A DNA stretch of 34,423 nt from a virus (Duplodnaviria; Caudoviricetes), in the IMG/VR virus record IMGVR_UViG_3300025084_000103, positions 1 to 34,423 of that record, one strand, 5' to 3'. The notes under the pieces are model-generated. The model made no database searches and had not been told where the DNA came from. It saw nothing but the letters and a program-made list of their open reading frames with translations. Shown here piece after piece: positions 1 through 8,351 of the stretch (positions are counted from its first letter, which is position 1; each line of letters begins with the position of its first letter). Made by a program: the position numbers and the translations under genes.

Positions 1-2
1 CT

Positions 3-515
3 ACATCGTACATACCTTCACTGACGGGTAGTACAGTTACAAGAGCAACAGAAACACTAACAGGTAGTGGTAATAGTACATTAATAAACTCAACAGAGGG
101 TGTGTTATATGCAGAGATAGCTGCTTTGGCTGATGATTTAAGCACTAGAATTATATCCTTATCTGACCAAACGGATACTAATAGAATAAATTTATTTTAT
201 TTTTCACAATCAAATGACTTAGCAGTAAATTATAGGGTGAGTGGTTCTACTGTAGTAAGTTTTATTGCTGAATTATCAGATATAACTAACTTTTCTAAAG
301 TAGCTTTTAAATGGAAAAGTAGTGATTTTAAACTGTATGTTGATGGTGTTTTAATTGGAACAAATACTAATACAACTATGCTTCCAACAAATACTCTAAA
401 TACATTATCATTTACAAGAGGAGATGGTTCTTTTCCTTTATACGGAAAATGCAAAGCACTAGCAGTATTTAATGAGGCTTTAAGTGATACAGAACTTACA
501 AATTTAACAAGCTAA
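3..515 (+). CDS. Tail fibre/receptor-binding protein, C-terminal part (LamG/concanavalin-like), 5'-truncated
   Basis: Frame is open from position 3 (TSYIPSLTGSTVTRATE, a motif typical of phage fibres); continues with KVAFKW..FKLYVDG and AVFNEALSDTEL, LamG-like. Confidence 0.7.
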   Translation, partial: TSYIPSLTGSTVTRATETLTGSGNSTLINSTEGVLYAEIAALADDLSTRIISLSDQTDTNRINLFYFSQSNDLAVNYRVSGSTVVSFIAELSDITNFSKVAFKWKSSDFKLYVDGVLIGTNTNTTMLPTNTLNTLSFTRGDGSFPLYGKCKALAVFNEALSDTELTNLTS

Positions 516-880
516 TGAATAAGATAGGTAAATACGAGTTTGATGATAGCGTACAAGCAGATAGCAAAATAAACGCTTTAGGTACAACAACAACAGAATT
601 AGGTGATGTAGTACCATCGCACAATCATATTATCGTAAGACTAGGCTATATTGTTTTAGAGCAAGGCGAGTATAACGAAAGTGGCGAACAAACTAAAGCA
701 CCTATACTATCTGATAAATACCACGTAGATGTGTTATGGAAAGGCTTAGAGCCTGTTGATGCAGAAGCAGAGGTTTTATCTTATGTAGAGCCTAGTGGTT
801 GGGAAGCAAATAGAATAGAGTTAGATAATAACGGGGTACACTCATTTATGGGATTAGATTACCAAGAATACAAGTTCTAA
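515..880 (+). CDS. Hypothetical protein
   Basis: 121-aa ORF coupled by TAATG overlaps on both sides. Confidence 0.75.
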   Translation: MNKIGKYEFDDSVQADSKINALGTTTTELGDVVPSHNHIIVRLGYIVLEQGEYNESGEQTKAPILSDKYHVDVLWKGLEPVDAEAEVLSYVEPSGWEANRIELDNNGVHSFMGLDYQEYKF

Positions 881-1131
881 TGGCACGAGTATCAGCAGCA
901 CAAGAAATAGCACTTATGAAACAGAGAATGGACTCTATGGAGGATAAATTAGATAAAATGGACGACAAGTTAGATATGCTAACTAAGAATCTTCTTGACC
1001 CTGATAAAGGAGTTGTTTCTCGTGTAAACAAAAATACTTCAGCTAGAGTTACTATGCAGAAAGCATTATGGGGATTGTGGACTATTGTAATCGGCTCATT
1101 GGTAGCGTTTTTCTTTACTAAGAATGGCTAA
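880..1131 (+). CDS. Coiled-coil protein with C-terminal TM helix (XhlA/holin-like, lysis module)
   Basis: MDSMEDKLDKMDDKLD heptads plus ALWGLWTIVIGSLVAFFF; position before lysis genes. Confidence 0.55.
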   Translation: MARVSAAQEIALMKQRMDSMEDKLDKMDDKLDMLTKNLLDPDKGVVSRVNKNTSARVTMQKALWGLWTIVIGSLVAFFFTKNG

Positions 1132-1255
1132 GGGTATATCATTTACATTTAGAGCAACTCCTAAAGTAAAAAGAAAGGGAATACACGCTAAGACAAAAAG
1201 CAGAACAAAAAGTGGTAAACAATATAAAAAGAAATACAATGGGCAAGGAAGATAA
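1124..1255 (+). CDS. 43-aa highly basic protein (not in ORF track)
   Basis: MAKGISFTFRATPKVKRKGIHAKTKSRTKSGKQYKKKYNGQGR; overlaps both neighbours and fills the gap. Confidence 0.7.
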   Translation: MAKGISFTFRATPKVKRKGIHAKTKSRTKSGKQYKKKYNGQGR

Positions 1256-1418
1256 AGAATGCTGTAAATGTTTTGAATGCGAATCTTGTAAATGCTGTGA
1301 AACTGCTGAAACTGCTGAACATAACGGTTTTGATGCTTGGGTAGAAGATATGGAAGAACAAGAACAACCTACCTGCGACATTGATAATCAAGAGGACTGC
1401 GAGAATTGTGGTAGCTGA
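1239..1418 (+). CDS. Small acidic Cys-rich protein
   Basis: ATG 1239 preferred over 1212; CCKCFECESCKCC near N-terminus and C-terminal CDIDNQEDCENCGS. Confidence 0.7.
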   Translation: MGKEDKECCKCFECESCKCCETAETAEHNGFDAWVEDMEEQEQPTCDIDNQEDCENCGS

Positions 1419-1900
1419 TGAAACTGCTGTGCTTACGATATAACCTTGCTTTAGATAGTACTAATGGTATGTTATTCTACGAAGGCTTTGCAGGGTATGA
1501 CTTTCTTTGCTATACACTAGAAGATGAGTACAGGAGAGATAAGGTCAAAGGAGAAACAATGATACCTTATGGAGTGTACGAAATCAAATACAGAAAAGAG
1601 GGTGGCTTTCATAATAGATATACTGAAAGATTTGGCGATTTACATCGTGGTATGTTGCATATCACTAATGTTCCTAACTTTGAGCATATTCTCATACATT
1701 GCGGTAATACTGATGAACATACTAGCGGGTGTTTACTCGTTGGCGATTCGCAAGAAAACAACAACTTAGTTTCTGATGGATTTATAGGAAAATCTACACA
1801 AGCATACAAAAGACTTTACAAAATGGTTGCTGATGAACTTGATTTAGGTCATAGAGTAATTATTGAATATAAACACATTAATGATTTAATGGAATTTTAA
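1418..1900 (+). CDS. DUF5675-like protein, putative endolysin
   Basis: CYTLED, IPYGVY and ILIHCGN...TSGCLLVG motifs; adjacent to holin. Confidence 0.75.
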   Translation: MKLLCLRYNLALDSTNGMLFYEGFAGYDFLCYTLEDEYRRDKVKGETMIPYGVYEIKYRKEGGFHNRYTERFGDLHRGMLHITNVPNFEHILIHCGNTDEHTSGCLLVGDSQENNNLVSDGFIGKSTQAYKRLYKMVADELDLGHRVIIEYKHINDLMEF

Positions 1901-1909
1901 CCATTGCCA

Positions 1910-1980
1910 AAGGGTTCACAAAGGGTAGTTTATACCCTATATAATAAAGCTAAAGATAAAGCTAAAGATAAAGTTAAGGA
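1910..1980 (+). repeat. Origin-like element, copy 1
   Basis: AAGGGT at 1910 and 1921, AGGGTA-N5-TACCCT palindrome 1922-1938, TAAAGN-like hexamers 1945-1980. Confidence 0.8.
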
Positions 1981-1981
1981 T

Positions 1982-2371
1982 ATGAGTATATTGAGAAAAA
2001 TATTTAGTAGTGGAGCAAAGGATTTAGTAGATAGTGTTGGAACTGCTATTGATAAGATACATACCTCAGCAGAAGAAAAAGAACTTGTAAAAAATGAGAT
2101 AAACAAAGCCATCTATGAGTTTGAAAAGAATATTCAGGTAGAGGTAACTAAGCGTTGGGAAGCTGATATGAATGGTAATTGGCTTACCAAATCTATAAGA
2201 CCATTGTCATTAGCCTTCCTGTTGTTTGTGCTTACCGTATTTACACTAATTGACTTTGGATATGTAGATATGGACATCAAAGATTCTTGGATTGACCTAT
2301 GGCAACTATTAGCCATCACAGCCTTTGGTGCGTACTTCGGAGGAAGGTCGTACGAAAAAATTAAGAAATAG
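1982..2371 (+). CDS. Holin (GTA 3TM-holin-like)
   Basis: ATG 1982 preferred because the upstream TTG frame only translates the repeat; hydrophobic helices with IRPL and AYFGGRSYEK motifs. Confidence 0.75.
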   Translation: MSILRKIFSSGAKDLVDSVGTAIDKIHTSAEEKELVKNEINKAIYEFEKNIQVEVTKRWEADMNGNWLTKSIRPLSLAFLLFVLTVFTLIDFGYVDMDIKDSWIDLWQLLAITAFGAYFGGRSYEKIKK

Positions 2372-2404
2372 TTTGGTAGGTAAGGGTTTATTTGCTTACA
2401 TTTG
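2372..2404 (+). promoter_or_regulatory. Bacteroidota sigma-type promoter
   Basis: TTTG(2372)-N21-TACATTTG(2397-2404). Confidence 0.7.
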
Positions 2405-2407
2405 TAA

Positions 2408-2495
2408 TTCACTTATGTTTCTTAATTGACGTAATTGTAAATATTTTGGGGAAAATGTTTGAATAGGGTTCATTAATTTGTTCCCTATTTTTTTT
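2408..2495 (+). ncRNA. Candidate ~85-90 nt small RNA
   Basis: Bounded by consensus promoter and terminator, no ORF over a few codons; carries ATTTTGGGG complementary to early leaders. Confidence 0.5.
2462..2495 (+). terminator. Rho-independent terminator
   Basis: AATAGGG...CCCTATT stem followed by T run. Confidence 0.7.
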
Positions 2496-2526
2496 ATTAA
2501 GTTTTTTTTATTAACTTGCGAACATT

Positions 2527-3288
2527 ATGAAACAATTTCGACCAAGATTAACTCAAAAAGAATACGAACTAATACAACAGCATCGTGGCAATAGTGGTGT
2601 AGGAATCATAGGAGATACTCACGAACCATTCTGCCACCCTGATTATAGAGACTTTTGTTATGAAGTATTTGATAGATTTGGTGTTTCAGATATAGTACAC
2701 ATTGGAGATGAGGTAGATAACGCAGCACTTTCTTACCACGAGAAACTGACAGATATGCCTAACGCAGAAAGCGAAGCAGAACAAGCACAAAGAGCTATGG
2801 AGAAGTGGTACGCAACCTTTCCTGATGTTAAGGTGTGTGTGGGTAATCACTCGGCACTACCTTTTAGACAAGCTACAACAGCAGGTATTCCTAAAAGATT
2901 TTTAAAGTCTTATGAAGAAATATGGAAAGCACCAAAAGGTTGGAAGTGGGAACTTAATTGGGAAATAGATAATGTTATCTATGAACACGGAACAGGCTCA
3001 TCAGGTGCAAGAGCTGCTGTAAACAGAGCAACTGCTAATAGACAATCTACGGTTATAGGTCATTGTCATTCTTTTGGTGGAGTAAACTATATGGCTTCTC
3101 GCAATGATTTAATCTTTGGTATGAATGTTGGTTGTGGTATTGATGTAGATGCTATGGCATTTAGCTATGGTAAAAACTTTCCTAAAAAGCCTACTCTTGG
3201 CTGTGGTGTCGTTCTTGACGGTGGAAAGACTGCATTGTTTATTCCTATGGACTTAGGTTCAAAAATAATTCACAAGAATACACTCTAG
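2527..3288 (+). CDS. Calcineurin-like metallophosphoesterase
   Basis: GDTH, GDEVD, GNH, EHG and GHCH motifs in the expected order. Confidence 0.88.
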   Translation: MKQFRPRLTQKEYELIQQHRGNSGVGIIGDTHEPFCHPDYRDFCYEVFDRFGVSDIVHIGDEVDNAALSYHEKLTDMPNAESEAEQAQRAMEKWYATFPDVKVCVGNHSALPFRQATTAGIPKRFLKSYEEIWKAPKGWKWELNWEIDNVIYEHGTGSSGARAAVNRATANRQSTVIGHCHSFGGVNYMASRNDLIFGMNVGCGIDVDAMAFSYGKNFPKKPTLGCGVVLDGGKTALFIPMDLGSKIIHKNTL

Positions 3289-3325
3289 TAAAACAAACTT
3301 TTTTTACTCTTTTCTTAATTTATAC

Positions 3326-3355
3326 TAGGTTTTTAAATTAATTGTTGTATATTTG
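3326..3355 (+). promoter_or_regulatory. Promoter of DNA-metabolism operon
   Basis: TAGG-N18-TATATTTG(3348-3355). Confidence 0.65.
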
Positions 3356-3386
3356 CATCAGTTATTAACAAATTAACCCCAATTAT

Positions 3387-3614
3387 ATGGAACAGATTAA
3401 GGTAGAAACAGTAAAGAAAGGCGATGTCCTTTTTCAGTTAGACAAAAAAATAGAGTTGGTAAATACGTTTATTGCTGATGACGAGAAGTCAGAGGTTGAG
3501 TGGGCGAATAAAAACAATGAAAATCTAAGAGAGTGGTTTAACGGAAGATTGTCGGCAAGACTTTTCGAGTTAGAAAGCCTTGAGTCTTTAAGAAGTATAA
3601 TAAATAACCTTTAA
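3387..3614 (+). CDS. Hypothetical protein
   Basis: 75-aa ORF directly after promoter. Confidence 0.7.
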   Translation: MEQIKVETVKKGDVLFQLDKKIELVNTFIADDEKSEVEWANKNNENLREWFNGRLSARLFELESLESLRSIINNL

Positions 3615-3625
3615 TAAATATTATT

Positions 3626-4033
3626 ATGTCAGAAATTAAAACAGAAACTAAGAAAGAAACCCTAAGAAGATTATTTAAAGAGAATGGTCTAGTTCAAGAA
3701 GATGTGTATAAAGATAAGCGTGGCTTTGTTATTATCACTAGAACAGGTATAGATAAGATTATCAGCAATCGTAATATCAATGTAGCATACGAACCAATAG
3801 TTATGGAAAAAGATTGGGTAGTTATGCGTTGTATTGCAGATATGGTAAAAGGAAAGCAGATAGGTCAGACAAGAGTAGAATCTTTTGGCGAAAGCAGCAA
3901 AGAGAATACTATGGGTATGGCAGGTAAGTTTCCTGTTGCTATGGCAGAGAAACGAGCTAAGTCAAGAGCAGTCCTAATGCTTACAGGATTTTATGAGCAA
4001 GGTGTTTACGGTCAAGACGAAATGGCTGACTAA
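3626..4033 (+). CDS. Putative ssDNA-annealing/recombination protein (Rad52-like, tentative)
   Basis: AMAEKRAKSRAVLMLTG helix and position upstream of SSB. Confidence 0.45.
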   Translation: MSEIKTETKKETLRRLFKENGLVQEDVYKDKRGFVIITRTGIDKIISNRNINVAYEPIVMEKDWVVMRCIADMVKGKQIGQTRVESFGESSKENTMGMAGKFPVAMAEKRAKSRAVLMLTGFYEQGVYGQDEMAD

Positions 4034-4269
4034 TGGATTGGATAGATGATATACTTGCAAGTGAGCCTATCAGTAATGGTCAGATAGCCATTATTGAAGG
4101 CTTACTAACAGGTGTTCCCTACGAACAAAATGACATTAGAGATATAGAAAGTGGTCTTTTACATTTAACCTATCAGGAAGCATACGAGTTAATCGGTAAG
4201 CTAAAAGAAGATTATATATCAAAAGACCCAAGAGAACAGTTTAATAAAATGTTTAAGTATGGCAATTAG
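4033..4269 (+). CDS. Hypothetical protein
   Basis: TAATG-coupled 78-aa ORF. Confidence 0.7.
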   Translation: MDWIDDILASEPISNGQIAIIEGLLTGVPYEQNDIRDIESGLLHLTYQEAYELIGKLKEDYISKDPREQFNKMFKYGN

Positions 4270-4477
4270 AAAACACGCAATGACAAAACAGGGTGCTATT
4301 GTTGCAATCACTAGAAAGCAGTTAAGAGATATGGGTAAAGAAAGTACCATACAAAAAAAGTTTGTAGAACTTTATATGTTAGAGAGTGATGAAAGAATAG
4401 CAGAAACCTATAAATTAGAATTTGGAATAGAATTAGTAATAGTTAAAAATAGAAAAGATGAAAAAAGCAAGAAATAG
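4259..4477 (+). CDS. Hypothetical protein
   Basis: 72-aa ORF overlapping neighbours in operon. Confidence 0.65.
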   Translation: MAIRKHAMTKQGAIVAITRKQLRDMGKESTIQKKFVELYMLESDERIAETYKLEFGIELVIVKNRKDEKSKK

Positions 4478-4679
4478 TTTTGAGGTTCTTATGAGAACAC
4501 AAGGAGTAACAAAAAGAAAGTTCGGTCAGATAACAGGAGTTAGTGGAACTACAATAGACAAGTATTTGGAAAACCCTACTATGTTAAGACTAAAACACTT
4601 ATCTTTATTGGCTGAAAGTCAAGAGATGAAGGAAGAAGAATTGTTAAACTTAATAAACGGAGAGAAGAATGAACTTTAG
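4458..4679 (+). CDS. XRE/Cro-like HTH protein
   Basis: TKRKFGQITGVSGTTIDKYLENP helix-turn-helix pattern. Confidence 0.7.
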   Translation: MKKARNSFEVLMRTQGVTKRKFGQITGVSGTTIDKYLENPTMLRLKHLSLLAESQEMKEEELLNLINGEKNEL

Positions 4680-5091
4680 AATGGAGGTACTTCAGTCTGC
4701 TGTTTGTAAACACTACAACGTTTCCCCAACGGAATTACACAGTAAGTCAAGGAAGATGGAGATTGTAGGTGCTAGGAGAATGTTTTTCTTCTTTGCTAGA
4801 AAGCATTTCAATAAAACATACACAAGTATTGCTAATATGTTTGGTGCAAATCACGCAACGGTTATGCACCACGAGAAGAAGATGATTGGCTATCTTGAGT
4901 TTGATAAACTAGAAATGTTGAGATACATTAAAATCAGGGATATGGTTTTTGAGGAGAAAACATTTATAAATATTCGTGATGAATATGACTGCCTTAATAG
5001 AGAGAAAATAATTATTGAGGATAGAATGAAAGAAATACAAGATGAAATTAATTTAATAAATAACAAAAACGAATTTAAGTATGGAAATTAA
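4669..5091 (+). CDS. DnaA C-terminal (domain IV)-like DNA-binding protein
   Basis: VCKHYNVS..L.SKSR..EIVGARRM...IANMFGANHATVMH pattern, followed by a coiled coil. Confidence 0.8.
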   Translation: MNFRMEVLQSAVCKHYNVSPTELHSKSRKMEIVGARRMFFFFARKHFNKTYTSIANMFGANHATVMHHEKKMIGYLEFDKLEMLRYIKIRDMVFEEKTFINIRDEYDCLNREKIIIEDRMKEIQDEINLINNKNEFKYGN

Positions 5092-5395
5092 CGGAAAGTT
5101 AGAAGCTAAGTTTGAAACAAAAGAGTTTTCAAGTGGATTTAGAAAAAGAGAGTTTGTGGTAAACACAGGTGGAGAATACCCACAGGCTATCAAAATGGAG
5201 GTTGTAAAAGACAACATAGAAAAGTTAGATGCTATTCCTGTTGGAACAGATATTACCTGTAAAATAGATATAAGAGGTCGTTTGTATGAAGGAAACTACT
5301 ACAATAATATTTTAGCTTGGGCAGTAAATGTAGGTGCTGCTACAAAGTCTGAGCCTAAAGAAACTGCAAAAGCAGATGATGGCTTACCCTTTTAA
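5081..5395 (+). CDS. DUF3127-type single-stranded DNA-binding protein
   Basis: SGFRKREFVV..EYPQ..IDIRGR..YYNNILAW and acidic DDGLPF tail. Confidence 0.85.
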   Translation: MEINGKLEAKFETKEFSSGFRKREFVVNTGGEYPQAIKMEVVKDNIEKLDAIPVGTDITCKIDIRGRLYEGNYYNNILAWAVNVGAATKSEPKETAKADDGLPF

Positions 5396-5418
5396 GGTAA
5401 GGTATTTAATAAAAGTAT

Positions 5419-5640
5419 TTGATTGTGAAATCGAAAACTAGAAGAAAGAATGTAAAGAGGGTAGATAGCTTGTTAGCCAAGAACGCTGCCCTCAATGCTT
5501 CTCTCGGAATTGACAGCACAAAGACCGATATAGAAGCAGTTAGAAAGGAAATAAGAATCAACATAAGAAAGATTAAAGATATGTGTGAGCATACATATAG
5601 CATTATCAATGTTGATGACAACCATAAAACAGTACACTAA
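5419..5640 (+). CDS. Hypothetical protein
   Basis: ORF in operon; start uncertain (TTG 5419 or GTG 5425). Confidence 0.6.
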   Translation: MIVKSKTRRKNVKRVDSLLAKNAALNASLGIDSTKTDIEAVRKEIRINIRKIKDMCEHTYSIINVDDNHKTVH

Positions 5641-5721
5641 ATGATAAGTATAATATCAGCATTAGCAGTAGTATCTGCTGCTTTTGTTTTAGCATTAATA
5701 GATTATAACGATGAAATTTGA
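5641..5721 (+). CDS. 26-aa single-TM peptide (not in ORF track)
   Basis: MISIISALAVVSAAFVLALIDYNDEI; starts immediately after the previous stop. Confidence 0.55.
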   Translation: MISIISALAVVSAAFVLALIDYNDEI

Positions 5722-6136
5722 AACCCCAAAAGACTTTGCAAGACAAGAGAGAGCAGCAAAGTGTTTTTCAGACAAATATGCTTATTGCTACTCTAGTCAA
5801 GGCGACTTCAGTTCTGTTGATTATGAGATGAAGAACGAGAGCTTTGATAGAATATGTGGCTTCGAGGTAAAGGGTTGTCCTAATCAAAATATGGATAGCC
5901 ACAGATATTGCATAGTATCAATGAAGAAGATTGTTGATTGTCAGGAGGAACAAATAAAGTATGGTAAGCCTGTTGTTATATGTTGGGCATTTGATGATGG
6001 CATATTGTTTAACAAGATAGATAACCTAACAGGAACTTTCAAAAAAGGTGGCAGAAAACCACGCAAAGGTTCAGTACACGACCTAGAGATGATTGTGTAT
6101 GTGGAACGAGAAACATTGCAAAAAATTTGTTTTTAA
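5711..6136 (+). CDS. PD-(D/E)xK nuclease-like protein
   Basis: SSVDY...GFEVKG catalytic-type pattern. Confidence 0.6.
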   Translation: MKFETPKDFARQERAAKCFSDKYAYCYSSQGDFSSVDYEMKNESFDRICGFEVKGCPNQNMDSHRYCIVSMKKIVDCQEEQIKYGKPVVICWAFDDGILFNKIDNLTGTFKKGGRKPRKGSVHDLEMIVYVERETLQKICF

Positions 6137-6156
6137 TCAAAAAAAGTTTACCTTTG
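6126..6156 (+). promoter_or_regulatory. Promoter of replication gene
   Basis: TTTG(6126)-N19-TACCTTTG(6149-6156). Confidence 0.75.
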
Positions 6157-6184
6157 CAAAGTATTAACCCCAAAATTATATATT

Positions 6185-6868
6185 ATGGCAAAAAGAATGA
6201 CAGATACGGACAAGTGGAAGAAACGCTTTGTTCGTGAATTACAACCTGAATACAAGCTACTATGGTTCTACATATTAGATGACTGCAATCACGCAGGTAT
6301 ATGGGAGGTAGATTTAGAGGTGGCTTCATTAAGAATTGGAGAAAGCCTTGAATGTGATATACCTGCTGAAGATATGCTTCCCAAATCTTTTTTAGAAAAG
6401 ATTATTGTTTTCGACAATGGCGATAAGTGGTTTATTCCTGAATTTATTGACTTTCAATATGGCGAACTAAATCCAAACTCTAATGTTCATAAATCAGTTA
6501 TTGCACTTCTTGATAAATATAACCTTGAAGGGTATGTAAAGGGTTCGCAAGGGGTACAAAGTACCCTTAAAGATAAAGATAAGGATATAGTTATAGTTAA
6601 AGAAAAAGCTAAAGCTAAAAGGTTTGCTAAACCAACAGTTGATGATATTGTAGATTACTGCAATGAAAGAAACAATATTGTAGATGCACAGAAGTTCTAC
6701 GACTACTATTCTTCTAATGGTTGGAAAGTAGGAAAGAACCCTATGAAGGATTGGAAGGCTGCTGTAAGAACTTGGGAGAAGAACACAACAGCAACACAGA
6801 CTAAAGGTAAAGTACAGCAATCACTAGACACTTGGCAAGAAGCTAGACAAATGATAAACAATGGATAA
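6185..6868 (+). CDS. Replication initiator/replisome organiser (lambda O-like organisation)
   Basis: N-terminal YKLLWFYILDDCNHAG, central repeat-encoded linker, C-terminal KFYDYYSSNGWKVGKNPMKDWKAAVRTWE domain. Confidence 0.75.
   Translation: MAKRMTDTDKWKKRFVRELQPEYKLLWFYILDDCNHAGIWEVDLEVASLRIGESLECDIPAEDMLPKSFLEKIIVFDNGDKWFIPEFIDFQYGELNPNSNVHKSVIALLDKYNLEGYVKGSQGVQSTLKDKDKDIVIVKEKAKAKRFAKPTVDDIVDYCNERNNIVDAQKFYDYYSSNGWKVGKNPMKDWKAAVRTWEKNTTATQTKGKVQQSLDTWQEARQMINNG
6528..6621 (+). repeat. Putative replication origin (origin-like element, copy 2)
   Basis: AAGGGT/AGGGGT at 6528, 6539, 6550 (11-bp period), GGGTAC-AAA-GTACCC palindrome, then hexamer tract; inside initiator gene. Confidence 0.7.
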
Positions 6869-7256
6869 GAGCAGACAGATATGGTATAGATTTAGCAACG
6901 ACCTTGAGCAGCTTAATGTTGATTGCGTGGACTTGTTGAGCAAGTGTTATATGATGTTGGGTCAAAGACCTGATACTCAGCAGGTGGTAATGATGGCTAA
7001 GTTTCTTGTAGATGACTTGTCTAGGTTTTACGGTTCTATGGAGATGGAAGAAGTTGCTTTTGCTTTTGAGCAGGGCATCAGGAACTCTGATAACGGTGGC
7101 TTTGTAAATGTTCGTAATTGGAATATATGGCTAAAAGAACATAAGGCAAAGGCACAACTGCAAAGGCAACAAAAATTAGTAACAGATTTTCAAAAGCATC
7201 AGCAAGGACAAAAGATGATTGATGCAACTATTAATAAAGCAAAAAGATTAAAATAA
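6861..7256 (+). CDS. Hypothetical protein, possible helicase loader
   Basis: Overlaps the initiator stop, in the position of lambda P. Confidence 0.5.
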   Translation: MDKSRQIWYRFSNDLEQLNVDCVDLLSKCYMMLGQRPDTQQVVMMAKFLVDDLSRFYGSMEMEEVAFAFEQGIRNSDNGGFVNVRNWNIWLKEHKAKAQLQRQQKLVTDFQKHQQGQKMIDATINKAKRLK

Positions 7257-7456
7257 TGGGAATATATAAGCACGTTCAGAATATTTGTAAAGACGATAAA
7301 GATGGTATAAGCTATGTAGTTTTGCCAAAAATAATTAACTCTGATGTAGGTTTTCAGCTTATGTTTGGAAGAATGTTATCTAAAGAACCTGTCAATAACA
7401 AGCCTGTACGAGATACAGAAAATATAAAGGTTGCTGACTACTACCAAAATTATTAA
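7256..7456 (+). CDS. Hypothetical protein
   Basis: TAATG-coupled 66-aa ORF. Confidence 0.6.
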   Translation: MGIYKHVQNICKDDKDGISYVVLPKIINSDVGFQLMFGRMLSKEPVNNKPVRDTENIKVADYYQNY

Positions 7457-7457
7457 T

Positions 7458-7913
7458 ATGGAAACTATATTACTTACATTGTTGCTGCTTTCAGTTTTAT
7501 ATCTTATATTTGCACAAAGACATACTGAATCAGATGTATCAGACATACTGCATCGTATAGACTTTTTAAACAAAACCTGTCAAGAACAGGAGAAAAGAAT
7601 TAACGAACTAGAAAGAAATCTTGCAACGGTCAAAACCAACATTAAGCGAAGAAAAAGTACAAATCGCTATCGTAGATTACTTGAGATTACAATATCCAAA
7701 TGCGTTGTTTACTGCAACAATGGGTGGTCAGTTTCAAAAACACTACTCACAAAGGCTCAAAGCAAAGCGTACAGGATATTTGAAAGGGGTGTCAGACCTT
7801 CTTATATTCGAGCCAAACGAAAAGTACACAGCTTTGTTTATAGAGCTAAAGAAAGACAAGAAGTGTTATCCTTCAAAAGAGCAAAAGCTATTCATACAGA
7901 ACGCTTTAGATAG
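7458..7913 (+). CDS. Membrane-anchored coiled-coil protein
   Basis: ATG 7458; ILLTLLLLSVLYLIF TM then coiled coil; 3' part overlaps the VRR-NUC gene. Confidence 0.5.
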   Translation: METILLTLLLLSVLYLIFAQRHTESDVSDILHRIDFLNKTCQEQEKRINELERNLATVKTNIKRRKSTNRYRRLLEITISKCVVYCNNGWSVSKTLLTKAQSKAYRIFERGVRPSYIRAKRKVHSFVYRAKERQEVLSFKRAKAIHTERFR

Positions 7914-7992
7914 GGGATATTATGGAGTGTGCTGTAAGGGTTTTGACCATTGCAAAGAAATTATTGATAGATACTTTAACAACGAACTATGA
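7621..7992 (+). CDS. VRR-NUC family nuclease (Holliday junction resolvase-like)
   Basis: SEEKVQ..., GVSDL, FIELK, PSKEQ motifs. Confidence 0.85.
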   Translation: MQRSKPTLSEEKVQIAIVDYLRLQYPNALFTATMGGQFQKHYSQRLKAKRTGYLKGVSDLLIFEPNEKYTALFIELKKDKKCYPSKEQKLFIQNALDRGYYGVCCKGFDHCKEIIDRYFNNEL

Positions 7993-8351
7993 CAGACAAG
8001 AGTAAATACTACTATGACTATACAAGGAACTGCCATTGTGGAGGTGCTTGTTTATGCAGAAGGGTAGAAGAACAAGAAGATTTAGAAAGAATAAACAATA
8101 AGATATTTAAAAAGGTGGGAAAAGATATTTCTGTTCCTAGCTACTATGTTGGTAGCAATGGATATGAAGCAAGGAAGGTTATAAGTGGATTTGATTTATC
8201 TTATAATGTTGGTACTGCTACGACCTACCTCTTGCGTTGTGGCAAGAAAACTGAAGAAGGTATGACTAACAAGGAGAAGCATATCGAGGACATTGAAAAG
8301 GCTATTAATCATTTGAAGTTTGAATTAGAAAAGTTAAAAGATGAGTGTTAA
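7989..8351 (+). CDS. DUF3310-like protein (nucleotide kinase-like)
   Basis: PSYY...YNVGTATTYLLRCGKK...EDIEKAINHL. Confidence 0.75.
   Translation: MTDKSKYYYDYTRNCHCGGACLCRRVEEQEDLERINNKIFKKVGKDISVPSYYVGSNGYEARKVISGFDLSYNVGTATTYLLRCGKKTEEGMTNKEKHIEDIEKAINHLKFELEKLKDEC

Noticed and set aside
1904-1981. N-terminal extension of the holin (KAKDKAKDK)
   Set aside because: Encoded by the DNA repeat; the equivalent frame in copy 3 has a stop; ATG 1982 is more plausible
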